64,000 nucleotides of DNA from Rhodospirillales bacterium (GTDB taxonomy: Bacteria > Pseudomonadota > Alphaproteobacteria > CACIAM-22H2): assembly GCA_016794005.1 (NCBI GenBank), contig JAEUKY010000332.1, positions 5,029 to 69,028 on the forward strand. The letters are read 5' to 3'. The notes beneath the pieces were generated by a model. That model was not told the origin of the DNA. It was given only the letters and a program-made list of their open reading frames with translations, and ran no database searches. Positions 1-8,436 of this stretch are shown in pieces (positions within the stretch are counted from its first letter, which is position 1; each line of letters begins with the position of its first letter). Both the position numbers and the translations under genes were made by a program.

Positions 1-950
1 TGCTGGGCTATGTCGCGTGCGGCGCGTTCGTCTGCGCCGAACTGGGCGCGCACGGGCGACGCCGTGTTGCCGAAACGCTCATCGTCACGGCCGTCGCCGT
101 GCTGGCCGTCTACAGCCTCGAGCGCCTGCTTGTGGCATTCGAGGTCATGGACCATCACATGACGACGAATTTCCAGGGCTACTCGGGCAACCGGAACACC
201 TTCTCGTTCCAGATACTCGTCGGGCTCTGCTTCGCGATCGCCTATGCCGAGGCGCGCCGCCGCGCGCGTTCGCTCGCCGGATGGACGGTGCTTGCCGGCG
301 CCCTGGTCCTCGGCCTCTGGCAAACCGGATCGATCGCCGGCCTGCTTGCGGGCGGGCTCGTCGTTGCACTGGCGGCCTGCTTCCGTCCGGCGCAGCGACC
401 GTTTCTCGCGCGCACGGCCGCCGTGGCACTTGCGTTTGCCGTGGCGTGGTGGGCCATCCCGACATATTTGGCACCGGCACGCAGCGCGAAGGTCGCGACC
501 GAGAAGGGTGCGATCTTCGACCCGAGCGAAGTCCTTGCCGGAACCTCGACAGAGGGGCGCCTTCGCAGCGTCGAGGTCGGCCTCGACCTGTTCATGCGGA
601 GCCCGCTTGTCGGTGCCGGGCTCGGAGCCGTCGCGCGGCAAGGCCTCGGGATCGACGGAGCGATCCTGGTCGTGCACTCGACGCCTGTCTGGATCCTCGC
701 CGAATTCGGGCTCGCGGGCGCTGTCGTCGTCGCTTCACTCCCGGTCTGGCTCGTTTGGCGCCGGCGGATGCGACCACCCGATCCGCGCGAGACCGCAGCG
801 ACTGCGGTGGCGCTTCTGCTCGCCTTCTTCGGGGTCTTCTCGCTCGTGCACGACGTCGCTTACCAGCGCATCTGGTGGCTGGCGATGGGGATCGTGACGG
901 CGTCCGCCGTCCGGTTCGCAGACGGAGGCAGGCATGCCGCGGATACGTGA
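1..950 (+). CDS. O-antigen ligase/polymerase-like (Wzy_C-type) polytopic membrane protein, 5' end cut by the window edge
   Basis: Frame 3 is open from nt 3 into ORF 99..950, so the gene begins upstream of the window. The translation is a series of hydrophobic helices (LVLGLWQTGSIAGLLAGGLVVALAA, VWILAEFGLAGAVVVASLPVWLV, AVALLLAFFGVFSLV). The family call rests on overall resemblance only. Confidence 0.5.
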   Translation, partial: LGYVACGAFVCAELGAHGRRRVAETLIVTAVAVLAVYSLERLLVAFEVMDHHMTTNFQGYSGNRNTFSFQILVGLCFAIAYAEARRRARSLAGWTVLAGALVLGLWQTGSIAGLLAGGLVVALAACFRPAQRPFLARTAAVALAFAVAWWAIPTYLAPARSAKVATEKGAIFDPSEVLAGTSTEGRLRSVEVGLDLFMRSPLVGAGLGAVARQGLGIDGAILVVHSTPVWILAEFGLAGAVVVASLPVWLVWRRRMRPPDPRETAATAVALLLAFFGVFSLVHDVAYQRIWWLAMGIVTASAVRFADGGRHAADT

Positions 951-2031
951 GGTTCTTCTCGGCCTCGCCTCCGCCGCTATCGCGACAGGACTGCTGCTCG
1001 GTTCCGTCGAGATGATCCTCCGCTTCCTGCCCGTACGTTCGGCAATGTTGGCCTTGCCAGTCGATGCCGCCACGCCGATCTTCCGGTTGAGCCCGGGTCG
1101 CGAGTTCGACTATTCGCGCGGCTGGGATTTCGACATGGCGAATCGCGGCCGCGTCAATAACGCCGGCTTCGTGAGCGATGTCGAGTACGACCGTGTCGAT
1201 CGCCGGCCGCTCGTCGCGGTCGTGGGTGACTCGTTCGTCGAGGCGTTGATGGTTCCTTATGCCGAGACGCTTCAGGCCCGGCTTGCGGCGATCGTCGGAC
1301 CGGCACGGCGCGTCTATTCCTTCGCGGCATCCGGTGCGCCTTTTTCGCAGTATCTCGTCTGGGCCGAGCACGCGGTCCGCGACTACGGCGCCGACGGTCT
1401 GGTGGTGGTCGTCGTCGGCAACGACTACGCCGAAAGCGTCGTCGCGCACGGCATCAAGCCCGGCTTCCACCAGTATGCGCGCGGATACGACGGCCGCCTG
1501 ACGCTGCAGCGCAACGATTACCAGCCTTCCGCGATGCGCGCGATCGCCGCACGGTCAGCCCTGTTCCGATATGTCTGGCTTAACCTGCAGCTTCCCGATG
1601 CCGTGGCCGCGATCCGCCGGCTCGTGTCGCCGCCTGTGCAGTATGCCGGATTCGAGTCCGCAGCCGTATCGCCGGTCATCGAGACAGATTCGCTCGAGGC
1701 GATCGAGGTGTTTCTCGCCGACCTTGCGACGCGGACCGGATTGGTACCCGGCCGGATCGCGTTCCTGGTCGATGGATTCCGGTATCCCGAAGCCGCGGCC
1801 GGAGCGGGCGACAGCTATTTCGCGCGCCTGCGCACCGCATTCATCGCGCGCGCGCGCGCGGCAGGCTTTACCGCCGTCGATATGGATGAAACCTTCTTCC
1901 CGCTCCATGCTCGGGATGGTCGGCGGTTCGAGTTTCCGAAAGACGGCCATTGGTCGGGCATCGGGCACGAAGCCGCTGCCAAGGCTCTGATGGAATCTGG
2001 CTTTCTCGAGCGCCTGCGCGGCATCGACTGA
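934..2031 (+). CDS. SGNH/GDSL-type hydrolase (glycan O-acyl esterase/transferase-like) with an N-terminal membrane anchor
   Basis: 365-aa ORF with an N-terminal hydrophobic anchor (LLGLASAAIATGLLLGSV). It has VAVVGDSFVE (block I GDS), VVVVGNDY (block III-like) and a C-terminal KDGHWSGIGHEAAAKAL block-V-like motif. The ATG overlaps the upstream gene by 17 nt. Confidence 0.6.
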   Translation: MPRIREVLLGLASAAIATGLLLGSVEMILRFLPVRSAMLALPVDAATPIFRLSPGREFDYSRGWDFDMANRGRVNNAGFVSDVEYDRVDRRPLVAVVGDSFVEALMVPYAETLQARLAAIVGPARRVYSFAASGAPFSQYLVWAEHAVRDYGADGLVVVVVGNDYAESVVAHGIKPGFHQYARGYDGRLTLQRNDYQPSAMRAIAARSALFRYVWLNLQLPDAVAAIRRLVSPPVQYAGFESAAVSPVIETDSLEAIEVFLADLATRTGLVPGRIAFLVDGFRYPEAAAGAGDSYFARLRTAFIARARAAGFTAVDMDETFFPLHARDGRRFEFPKDGHWSGIGHEAAAKALMESGFLERLRGID

Positions 2032-2034
2032 AGC

Positions 2035-3270
2035 CTAGCCGGGCGTGCCGGTCGAGCGCTCCGCCCCGCGGCCGACGATCGTGGCCAGCGTGCCGATGAT
2101 CCACAGCGACGAATACCACCAACCCTGCCACAGCCCGTAGCTGATGCAGGCGACGAAGACTGCCGTCAGGAAAGTCGGCATGACCGCCACGCGGCGTGCC
2201 AGCGATCCGCCCGTGCGTAGCGCCAGTGCCGCGGCGATTGCTGCAGCGAGAATCGCGCCGACCGCGCCGAGCTCCAGCCAGTACTGCAGCGGCGCGTTGT
2301 GCGGATGCAACGGCAGCAGTTCGGTAAACTCGCGCAGGGTGTTGTGGGCGTTAGGGATATTTCGCGAAGCCTCCATGCCCCAGCCGATGAAGGGACGCTC
2401 GGCGATACGCTCAGCGACAAAGCCCCAGATCGCCGCCCGGTGGTAGACCGAGACGGTAATGTCGTGACGCTGCGCCAGTTCCGCCAATACCGGAAGCCGC
2501 GCGACGAACGGCGCGGCCATGAACATGGCGACGATACCGATAGCGGACAGGCGTACCCCGAGCCGGCTGCCCAAGCCCACCGCCGCGACGGCGCCGCCGG
2601 CCGCGACGACGAGCCCCATGGCCGAGGCAAGACTCTCGCCGACGACGAAGACGGCCAGACACGCCGCCGCGATAGCTGCGGCTGCCGCCGGTCCGTGCCG
2701 CCGCCAGCCGACCGAGATCGCGAGCGGAAGCAGAATCGAAAGGATGGTCTTCGAACGGTTGAGGAAGGATTCGATGGCGGCACGCGGGCCGATGAACTGG
2801 ACGAAGAGGGAACTGCCGTTCCCGAAGACCATCTGACTGGCGATTTCTGCGCAGAGGATCGCGAGTCCTGCCGCGTAGCCGGCAAGGAAGAAGCGCTCCG
2901 CCTGTTCGATCTCCGCCGAATCGAGCGCAAGCGCGTGCGAAACGATCGCAAGGCCGGCATAGACCGCAAGAACGAGCCGCGTCAGCGTAAAAGCGGCAAG
3001 CGCCGGGTCGGGTGCCCAGAGCATCGTGACGTATCCCCACGCGAGCAGGCCGACCATCGGCAGCGCCACGACCTTCGGGATACCGGAAAGCCGCCGGGCG
3101 GACGGGTCGCCGGCGATGACCGCCAGCCCCATGACGATGAAAAGGACGGCCAAGCCGTTCGGCGCGGTCGCTGCAACCGGTCCGACAAGTCCAAGGGACC
3201 ATAGAAAAACCCGCCGCGCGACAGGCTGCGCCGAATTGCGCGCCGCTTCGGTCTTCAGGGAAGCTTCCAT
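2035..3270 (-). CDS. O-antigen ligase / O-antigen polymerase family (Wzy_C) membrane protein
   Basis: 411-aa ORF with many hydrophobic segments. LPLHPHNAPLQYWLELGAVGAILAA resembles the conserved His-containing loop and following helix of Wzy_C/WaaL proteins. Confidence 0.7.
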   Translation of the reverse strand: MEASLKTEAARNSAQPVARRVFLWSLGLVGPVAATAPNGLAVLFIVMGLAVIAGDPSARRLSGIPKVVALPMVGLLAWGYVTMLWAPDPALAAFTLTRLVLAVYAGLAIVSHALALDSAEIEQAERFFLAGYAAGLAILCAEIASQMVFGNGSSLFVQFIGPRAAIESFLNRSKTILSILLPLAISVGWRRHGPAAAAAIAAACLAVFVVGESLASAMGLVVAAGGAVAAVGLGSRLGVRLSAIGIVAMFMAAPFVARLPVLAELAQRHDITVSVYHRAAIWGFVAERIAERPFIGWGMEASRNIPNAHNTLREFTELLPLHPHNAPLQYWLELGAVGAILAAAIAAALALRTGGSLARRVAVMPTFLTAVFVACISYGLWQGWWYSSLWIIGTLATIVGRGAERSTGTPG

Positions 3271-3402
3271 CTGACGAAATTTCCGCTCGGTAGGAATGGC
3301 GGCGGATGCTAGTGGAGGGCATTCCCGCCGTCCAGTCGTGCTTTGTCAGTAATCCCGACAGCGTGTAAGAACGGTGAGTCTATCCCTTTTCCGGTTCGGT
3401 CC

Positions 3403-4503
3403 ATGTCGATCAAGAACGTTCTCGTTATCTGCGCCGTCGTCGCTGCGACCGTCGTTGCCGGCGAGCTTGGCGCGCGGATCTGGCTGTGGACGCCCAGCAC
3501 GCTCGGCGCCGAGCCGGCCGGCGACAGGCTCGGCAACTCCCGCTATGCCTTCGCGCCCGACGTGCCGGGCGATCTCGTCCCCGGTCAGGATGGCCATTGG
3601 GTCGTGTGGTGGCGCCGCCCCTACCACGTGGTCACGAACAGTCAGGGTTTTCGTTCGCTCGAGGAGCCGCAACCGGGCTTCCGGCAGATCGTGGCGCTCG
3701 GCGATTCGCAGACCTTCGGTCCCTACGTCGCGACCGAAGACACGTGGCCTGCCTGGGTCCAGTCGGAACTCCGCCGGCAGAAGCTGCTTGGCAGGGTCCA
3801 GGTTCATAACGGCGGCGTTTCCGGTTACACGCTCGCCGACGAGCTCGCGTGGCTTCGCGAGAAGGGGATTGCCCTCAAGCCGGACATGGTCTTGCTTGGC
3901 GTCTTCGAGAACGACATTCTCGACTATCGCCGCATCACGACCGGTCGCGGGCTTCGCCCGGTCTCGTCCACGGACGGCCTCGGCGCGATCGCGACCCTCG
4001 CACGCGAACTGCGTACCGGCTTCCTTCGCGATCTCGCGCTCTACGCGCTTGCTGCCCAACTGCGGCGTCAGTGGGAAATGCGTGCGGCCAACATCGATAT
4101 CGTGCGCGGCGAGGGCGATGCCGCGCGCGAGCGGCCGGAAGTCGAAGCAGCCAGACTGAGACAATACACCGAACTCTACGAGCGAGATTTCCGCGAGTTC
4201 GTGCGCCTGGCGAAAGAATCTGGCATTGCCGTGGCCGTCGTCGCCATTCCGTCGCCGAGCGTGCTTGCGGAAGGTCAGACGGCTGAGGTCGGCCCGCTCG
4301 CCGGTCGTCTCAGTCAGGAACTCGGGGTGCCGTTCCTCGACCTGATGCCGACCTTCGCGGCCGTCGAAGATTCGGCGCAGAGATACTATCTTCTCCATTG
4401 GTCCGTCGAGCTCAACGCGCTGACGGGTAATGGCCATCTGTCGCGCGAGGGGCATTACGAGATCGGTCGCCGTGTTGCGGAGTGGCTCGCTTGGCTCGGC
4501 TAG
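3403..4503 (+). CDS. SGNH/GDSL-type hydrolase with an N-terminal membrane anchor
   Basis: IVALGDSQTFG (block I), GGVSGYT (block II), GVFENDI (block III) and GNGHLSREGHYEIG (block-V-like). The start is placed at the ATG before the anchor MSIKNVLVICAVVAATVVAG. The ORF-track start 3343 remains possible. Confidence 0.65.
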   Translation: MSIKNVLVICAVVAATVVAGELGARIWLWTPSTLGAEPAGDRLGNSRYAFAPDVPGDLVPGQDGHWVVWWRRPYHVVTNSQGFRSLEEPQPGFRQIVALGDSQTFGPYVATEDTWPAWVQSELRRQKLLGRVQVHNGGVSGYTLADELAWLREKGIALKPDMVLLGVFENDILDYRRITTGRGLRPVSSTDGLGAIATLARELRTGFLRDLALYALAAQLRRQWEMRAANIDIVRGEGDAARERPEVEAARLRQYTELYERDFREFVRLAKESGIAVAVVAIPSPSVLAEGQTAEVGPLAGRLSQELGVPFLDLMPTFAAVEDSAQRYYLLHWSVELNALTGNGHLSREGHYEIGRRVAEWLAWLG

Positions 4504-5630
4504 CGAGCCGCAACCACGTTGCCGAATAGTTCGATCTGCCGCGCGACGACTTTTGCTTCGTCGTAGAGGTCGCGTGCCCGGACGAGTCCCGCTTCGCCCA
4601 TCCGCTGCCGCAGTACCGGGTCGTCCGCAAGCCGGCCGAGTGCGGCTGCGAGCGCCGCTGGATCGGCGATTGGCACGAGCAGTCCGGTCTTGCCGTCGAC
4701 GATCTCCTCGCGGCTGCCGCGGATGTCGGTCGCGACGACGGGAAGCCCACTCAGCATGGCTTCGATGATCGAGCGTGGCATCCCTTCGCGATGGGAAGGC
4801 AGGACAAAGATATCGGCGGCGCGCATCAGGTCCGGGACGTCCTGGCGGTAGCCGAGAAGGCGTACCCGCGCCGCAAGGACCGGGTCGACGCGCACGGCGT
4901 CGATTGCGGCGTCGATCGGTCCGGCATGGTCGGATGCCAGGCGTTCGCCGGCAATCCACAACTCGGCATCGATCGCGCGCATCGCCGCCAGCAGTTCGGG
5001 ATAACCCTTCTCGGCGACGAGGCGGCCGACCATCAGGATCACCGGCCGGTCAGGCGGCGTTCCGATCTCCGCGCGCACGCGCGCCTTGTCGCCGCCGCCG
5101 GGCCGGAAGCGCGCCGGATCCGAGCCGTTGCCGATCGCGTGGATCGGCCCGCGTGCGAGGCGGAGGCGGCGCGCGCTTGTCGCATCCTCTTCGGCCTGCG
5201 TCATCAGCAGGTCGGTGACGCGTCCGGCTGCCCATTCCAGCCCGACATGCGCGGCGCGCAACGGCCAGGGCATGCGGTCGTGGAAGTAGAAGCCATGCGC
5301 CGTATACACGATCCGCGGCACGCTCGCCCGCCAGGCGGCGAATCGGCCGGCGAGTGCCGCGACCGGCGTGTGGAAATGGACGACGTCGAACCGTTCCTCC
5401 CGCAGCGCCGCGAGGATCGCGCGATGCGTACGCCATAGCGCGAACGGATTCGCCGAGCGACGGATGTCGATGCCGATCACGCGGAAGCCTTCGGCCTCGA
5501 CCTTTCCGGCGAGCTCGCCGCGCGTGCAGGCACCGACGACGTCGTGCCCGGCTTCGCGCAGGCCGCGCATCAGCGGCAGCAGGAAGTGGTAGAGCGTGAA
5601 GTCCACGGCGCAGAGCTGAAGGATCTTCAT
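4500..5630 (-). CDS. Glycosyltransferase family 4 (GT-B)
   Basis: 376-aa ORF with N-terminus MKILQLCAVDFTLYHF. The C-terminal half has FVLPSHREGMPRSIIEAMLSGLPVVATD, an E-x7-E GT4 signature. Confidence 0.85.
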   Translation of the reverse strand: MKILQLCAVDFTLYHFLLPLMRGLREAGHDVVGACTRGELAGKVEAEGFRVIGIDIRRSANPFALWRTHRAILAALREERFDVVHFHTPVAALAGRFAAWRASVPRIVYTAHGFYFHDRMPWPLRAAHVGLEWAAGRVTDLLMTQAEEDATSARRLRLARGPIHAIGNGSDPARFRPGGGDKARVRAEIGTPPDRPVILMVGRLVAEKGYPELLAAMRAIDAELWIAGERLASDHAGPIDAAIDAVRVDPVLAARVRLLGYRQDVPDLMRAADIFVLPSHREGMPRSIIEAMLSGLPVVATDIRGSREEIVDGKTGLLVPIADPAALAAALGRLADDPVLRQRMGEAGLVRARDLYDEAKVVARQIELFGNVVAAR

Positions 5631-5643
5631 GCGCAGGTTTACC

Positions 5644-7575
5644 TCACGCCCAGCGCTTGCGCCATGCCTGAAACATCAGCACGGTCCACAGCCTGTAGGT
5701 CCGGTCCGCGCCGCCCAGATGGGCGCGCCACGCGTGTGCGACCGGGGCCGGATCGAGGATTCCGTCTGCAACGATGGCTGCGGGTGCGAGCAGGTCTTCG
5801 GCCCATTCGCGCAACGGTCCGCGCAGCCATTCGCCGACCGGAACCGCGAAGCCCATCTTGGGCCGTTCGAACAGGTCGCGCGGGACGTATCGCGACAGGA
5901 CTTCGCGCAGGATCCGCTTGCCCTTGCCGCCGTCGACCTTGAGTTCCGGCGGCAGCGTCCACGCATGCTCGACGACGCGATGGTCGAGGAAGGGATTTCG
6001 CGCCTCGAGAGCCACCGCCATCGTCGCGCGATCAACCTTCGTCAGCACGTCGTCCGGCAGGTAGCCAAGCGTGTCGAGAAGCTGCATGCGCGGGCCGAAC
6101 TCCGGAATCGCCCCCGCGATGCCGGGGTCGTCGGCCGGTCCTGGAGCTTCGCGCGCGCCGGGGACCAGCATGGCCGGATCGGGCCACTGACTCACCAGCT
6201 CGCGATAGAGTGCGTGCGCATCGTCCGCTTCCAGCAGTGCCGCAAGTTTCGCCGCCTTCTCGGCCGGCCGCACCGGTCGCCGCGCGGCCGGGAGCGGCCG
6301 CAGGAGCGCCTCGAGGATTCCGGCCGGTGCTGCACGCAGCGCGCATGCGGCAACCCGGCGCAGCCCGTGCGGCAGACGAACGAGCCGTTCGAGCCGGCTT
6401 GCCCAGACATGCCGGTTGTAGCCCGCGAAGACCTCGTCGCCGCCGTCGCCGGAAAGCGCCACCTTCACATGCGCGCGCGTCATCCGCGCGACGAGGTAGG
6501 TCGGGATCTGCGAAGCGTCGGCGAAGGGTTCGTCGTAAATCTCGGGCAGGTTCTGGATGACGTCGCGCGCGTGCGACGGGTCGACGTGCAGTTCCGTGTG
6601 GTCGGTGCCGAGATGGGCAGCGACGGCTGCAGCGTGACGCGCCTCGTCATAGTCGGTGCGGTCGTAGCCGATCGTGAAAGTGCGCACCGGGCGGCTGCTC
6701 TGCGCCTGCATCAGCGCCACGACCGTCGACGAATCGATGCCGCCGGACAGGAAGGCGCCAAGCGGCACGTCGGCGACCATGCGTCTTGCGACGGCGTCGA
6801 GCAGCAGCTTGTCGAGCGTCTCGACGGTGCTTCCGGGATCGGCGGGGGCGTTCCAGGACGCTCGGCCGCGCTCGGCTACCGCACGGGCGGACCAGTAGGT
6901 CTCCGTCGAAGGTTCGCTTCCTTCGCGCCACACAAGCAGCGTGCCCGGCAGCAGTTTGCGAGACTCCTTGTAGATGGTCGCTGCGCCGGGCACGTTCGCG
7001 TGCCGGAAGTACGAGACAAGCGCATCCCGGTCGATCGACGGGGCGAATCCGGGTGCGGCGCGCAGCGCCTTCAGTTCCGAACCGAAGACGAGGCGCGTTC
7101 CGTCGCAGGCGTAGTAGAGCGGCTTGACGCCCAGCCGGTCGCGCACGAGCCAGAGCGAGCGCTCTTTCCGGTCCCAGAGCGCTATCGCGAACATGCCGAC
7201 GAGCCGCGCCAGCGTTTCGCGCACGCCCCAGCGCGCGATCCCCTCGATCATCACCTCGGTGTCGGATGTGCCACGGAACTGCACGCCGACCCGTACAAGT
7301 TCGGCGCGCAGATCGCTGAAATTGAAGATCTCGCCGTTGTAGGTGACGACCCAACGCCCGTCGGAAGAGTGCATCGGCTGCACGCCGGTCGGCGAAAGGT
7401 CCACGATCGCGAGGCGGCGGTGTGCGAGCGCAATGCCGGCGGCCGCATCTGTCCAGATTCCGTCGCCGTCCGGCCCGCGATGCGCGAGCACGTCGTTCAT
7501 CAAGCGCACCGCGGCGACGAGTGGCTCGTCGGCGAGCCTCGAGCGGCGGTCGAGCAATCCGGTGATGCCACACAT
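5644..7575 (-). CDS. asnB: Asparagine synthase (glutamine-hydrolysing) family amidotransferase, glycan-cluster paralog
   Basis: The start is trimmed to MCGITG (nucleophile Cys directly after Met; cat at 7573-7575 on the plus strand). It has the PP-loop LSGGIDSSTVVALM and is 643 aa after trimming ORF 5644..7677. Confidence 0.85.
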   Translation of the reverse strand: MCGITGLLDRRSRLADEPLVAAVRLMNDVLAHRGPDGDGIWTDAAAGIALAHRRLAIVDLSPTGVQPMHSSDGRWVVTYNGEIFNFSDLRAELVRVGVQFRGTSDTEVMIEGIARWGVRETLARLVGMFAIALWDRKERSLWLVRDRLGVKPLYYACDGTRLVFGSELKALRAAPGFAPSIDRDALVSYFRHANVPGAATIYKESRKLLPGTLLVWREGSEPSTETYWSARAVAERGRASWNAPADPGSTVETLDKLLLDAVARRMVADVPLGAFLSGGIDSSTVVALMQAQSSRPVRTFTIGYDRTDYDEARHAAAVAAHLGTDHTELHVDPSHARDVIQNLPEIYDEPFADASQIPTYLVARMTRAHVKVALSGDGGDEVFAGYNRHVWASRLERLVRLPHGLRRVAACALRAAPAGILEALLRPLPAARRPVRPAEKAAKLAALLEADDAHALYRELVSQWPDPAMLVPGAREAPGPADDPGIAGAIPEFGPRMQLLDTLGYLPDDVLTKVDRATMAVALEARNPFLDHRVVEHAWTLPPELKVDGGKGKRILREVLSRYVPRDLFERPKMGFAVPVGEWLRGPLREWAEDLLAPAAIVADGILDPAPVAHAWRAHLGGADRTYRLWTVLMFQAWRKRWA

Positions 7576-7619
7576 GAGGGATCGGGATTCCCGCTTCAGA
7601 ACCGGCCAGTCAAGCTTCA

Positions 7620-7636
7620 CGTTCATGACATGAACG
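7620..7636. promoter_or_regulatory. Perfect 8-1-8 palindrome CGTTCATG-A-CATGAACG (contains GTTC-N7-GAAC); candidate operator
   Basis: Read directly from the sequence. It lies 45 nt upstream of the asnB start codon (minus strand), in the AT-rich divergent intergenic region 7576-7758. Confidence 0.5.
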
Positions 7637-7699
7637 GCGGCGTCTGTCGACGATAAACCGCAGTTCTGGAATCTCAATAAGATATTGTTTTAATTTAAT

Positions 7700-7714
7700 G
7701 TTCAAATTCCGAAC
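7700..7714. promoter_or_regulatory. GTTC-N7-GAAC inverted repeat (GTTCaaattccGAAC); candidate operator
   Basis: Read directly. It is the second of three identically spaced GTTC-N7-GAAC sites within about 120 bp. Confidence 0.45.
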
Positions 7715-7718
7715 ACGA

Positions 7719-7750
7719 TTGACGTTCACCCAATGAACAGGGTATATACT
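7719..7750 (+). promoter_or_regulatory. Candidate sigma70-type promoter for the wHTH regulator (TTGACG-N18-TATATA), giving a near-leaderless transcript
   Basis: TTGACG lies at 7719-7724 and TATATA at 7743-7748. The ATG at 7759 has no Shine-Dalgarno-like sequence in between. The third GTTC-N7-GAAC site (7724-7738) overlaps the -35 element and spacer. Confidence 0.4.
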
Positions 7751-7758
7751 CAATTTCG

Positions 7759-8436
7759 ATGAATGAGACTCCGTCCACGAAATTCGATCGCGAGTCGTCC
7801 GAGTTGCTGCTCGGCGTCCTGTCGGTGGTCGAGCGCAATTCGAGCGTCACCCAGCGCGGCATGTCGAACCAGTTGGGAATCGCGCTCGGACTTGCAAATG
7901 CCGTACTCAAGCGTTGCGTACGCAAGGGTCTGATCAAGATTTCGACCGCCCCGCTCAACCGCTACGCCTACTACCTGACGCCGACGGGGTTCAGCGAGAA
8001 GGCGCGCCTGACGGCCGAGTACTTGCGCATCTCCTTCGATCTTTTTCGCAATGCACGGCGCCAGTACAACGAGATTTTCGAGGCCCTCGCCGCGCGCGGG
8101 CTCACGCGCATCGTACTTGTGGGGGCTTCCGAACTCGCGGAAGCGGCCCTGCTATCGGCACGCGAGACCCCGGTCGAGGTCGTCGGCTTCGTCGATACGG
8201 CGCGTGCGGGTGAAGACTATCTCGGCCTGCCGGTTGCCGGCTCGCTTGCCGCCTTCAGGGGCCAGTTCGACGCGGTCGCGATGTGCGACGTGCGCGATCC
8301 GCAGATGAACTATATCGCGGCACTCGACGAGGCGGCCGCTCTCCAGATCGATCCGCGGCGCGTTGTCGGCCCCGCGATCCTGCGTCTGCGGCCGCCGGCA
8401 CCGACCGAGGTCGCGGAACTGGCTGGTGGGTCGTGA
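7759..8436 (+). CDS. Winged-helix (MarR/EPS-associated type) transcriptional regulator fused to a C-terminal Rossmann-like domain
   Basis: The N-terminal ~110 aa (LLLGVLSVVERNSSVTQRGMSNQLGIALGLANAVLKRCVRKGLIKI...YYLTPTGFSEKARLTAEYL) resemble EPS-associated MarR-type wHTH proteins. The C-terminal part (RIVLVGASELAEAALL...VVGFVDT...YLGLPVAGSL) resembles the nucleotide-binding-like N-domain of polyprenyl-phosphate sugar transferases. Confidence 0.6.
   Translation: MNETPSTKFDRESSELLLGVLSVVERNSSVTQRGMSNQLGIALGLANAVLKRCVRKGLIKISTAPLNRYAYYLTPTGFSEKARLTAEYLRISFDLFRNARRQYNEIFEALAARGLTRIVLVGASELAEAALLSARETPVEVVGFVDTARAGEDYLGLPVAGSLAAFRGQFDAVAMCDVRDPQMNYIAALDEAAALQIDPRRVVGPAILRLRPPAPTEVAELAGGS

Noticed and set aside
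4844-4855. GGCGGTAGCCGA, a perfect 9-nt ops core on the plus strand
   Set aside because: It lies inside a minus-strand GT4 gene, so it is on the template strand for that transcript. Its frequency is consistent with chance at this base composition.
5629-7656. 675-aa ORF on the plus strand, antisense to the asnB paralog
   Set aside because: The translation is Arg/Ala/Gly/Pro-rich low complexity with no motif. The opposite strand encodes a complete, motif-rich AsnB. This is typical shadow ORF behaviour in high-GC DNA.
7621-7738. Alphaproteobacterial LexA SOS box (GTTC-N7-GTTC direct repeat) as an explanation for the GTTC repeats
   Set aside because: All three sites are inverted (GTTC-N7-GAAC), not direct repeats, and the flanking genes are not SOS-type.
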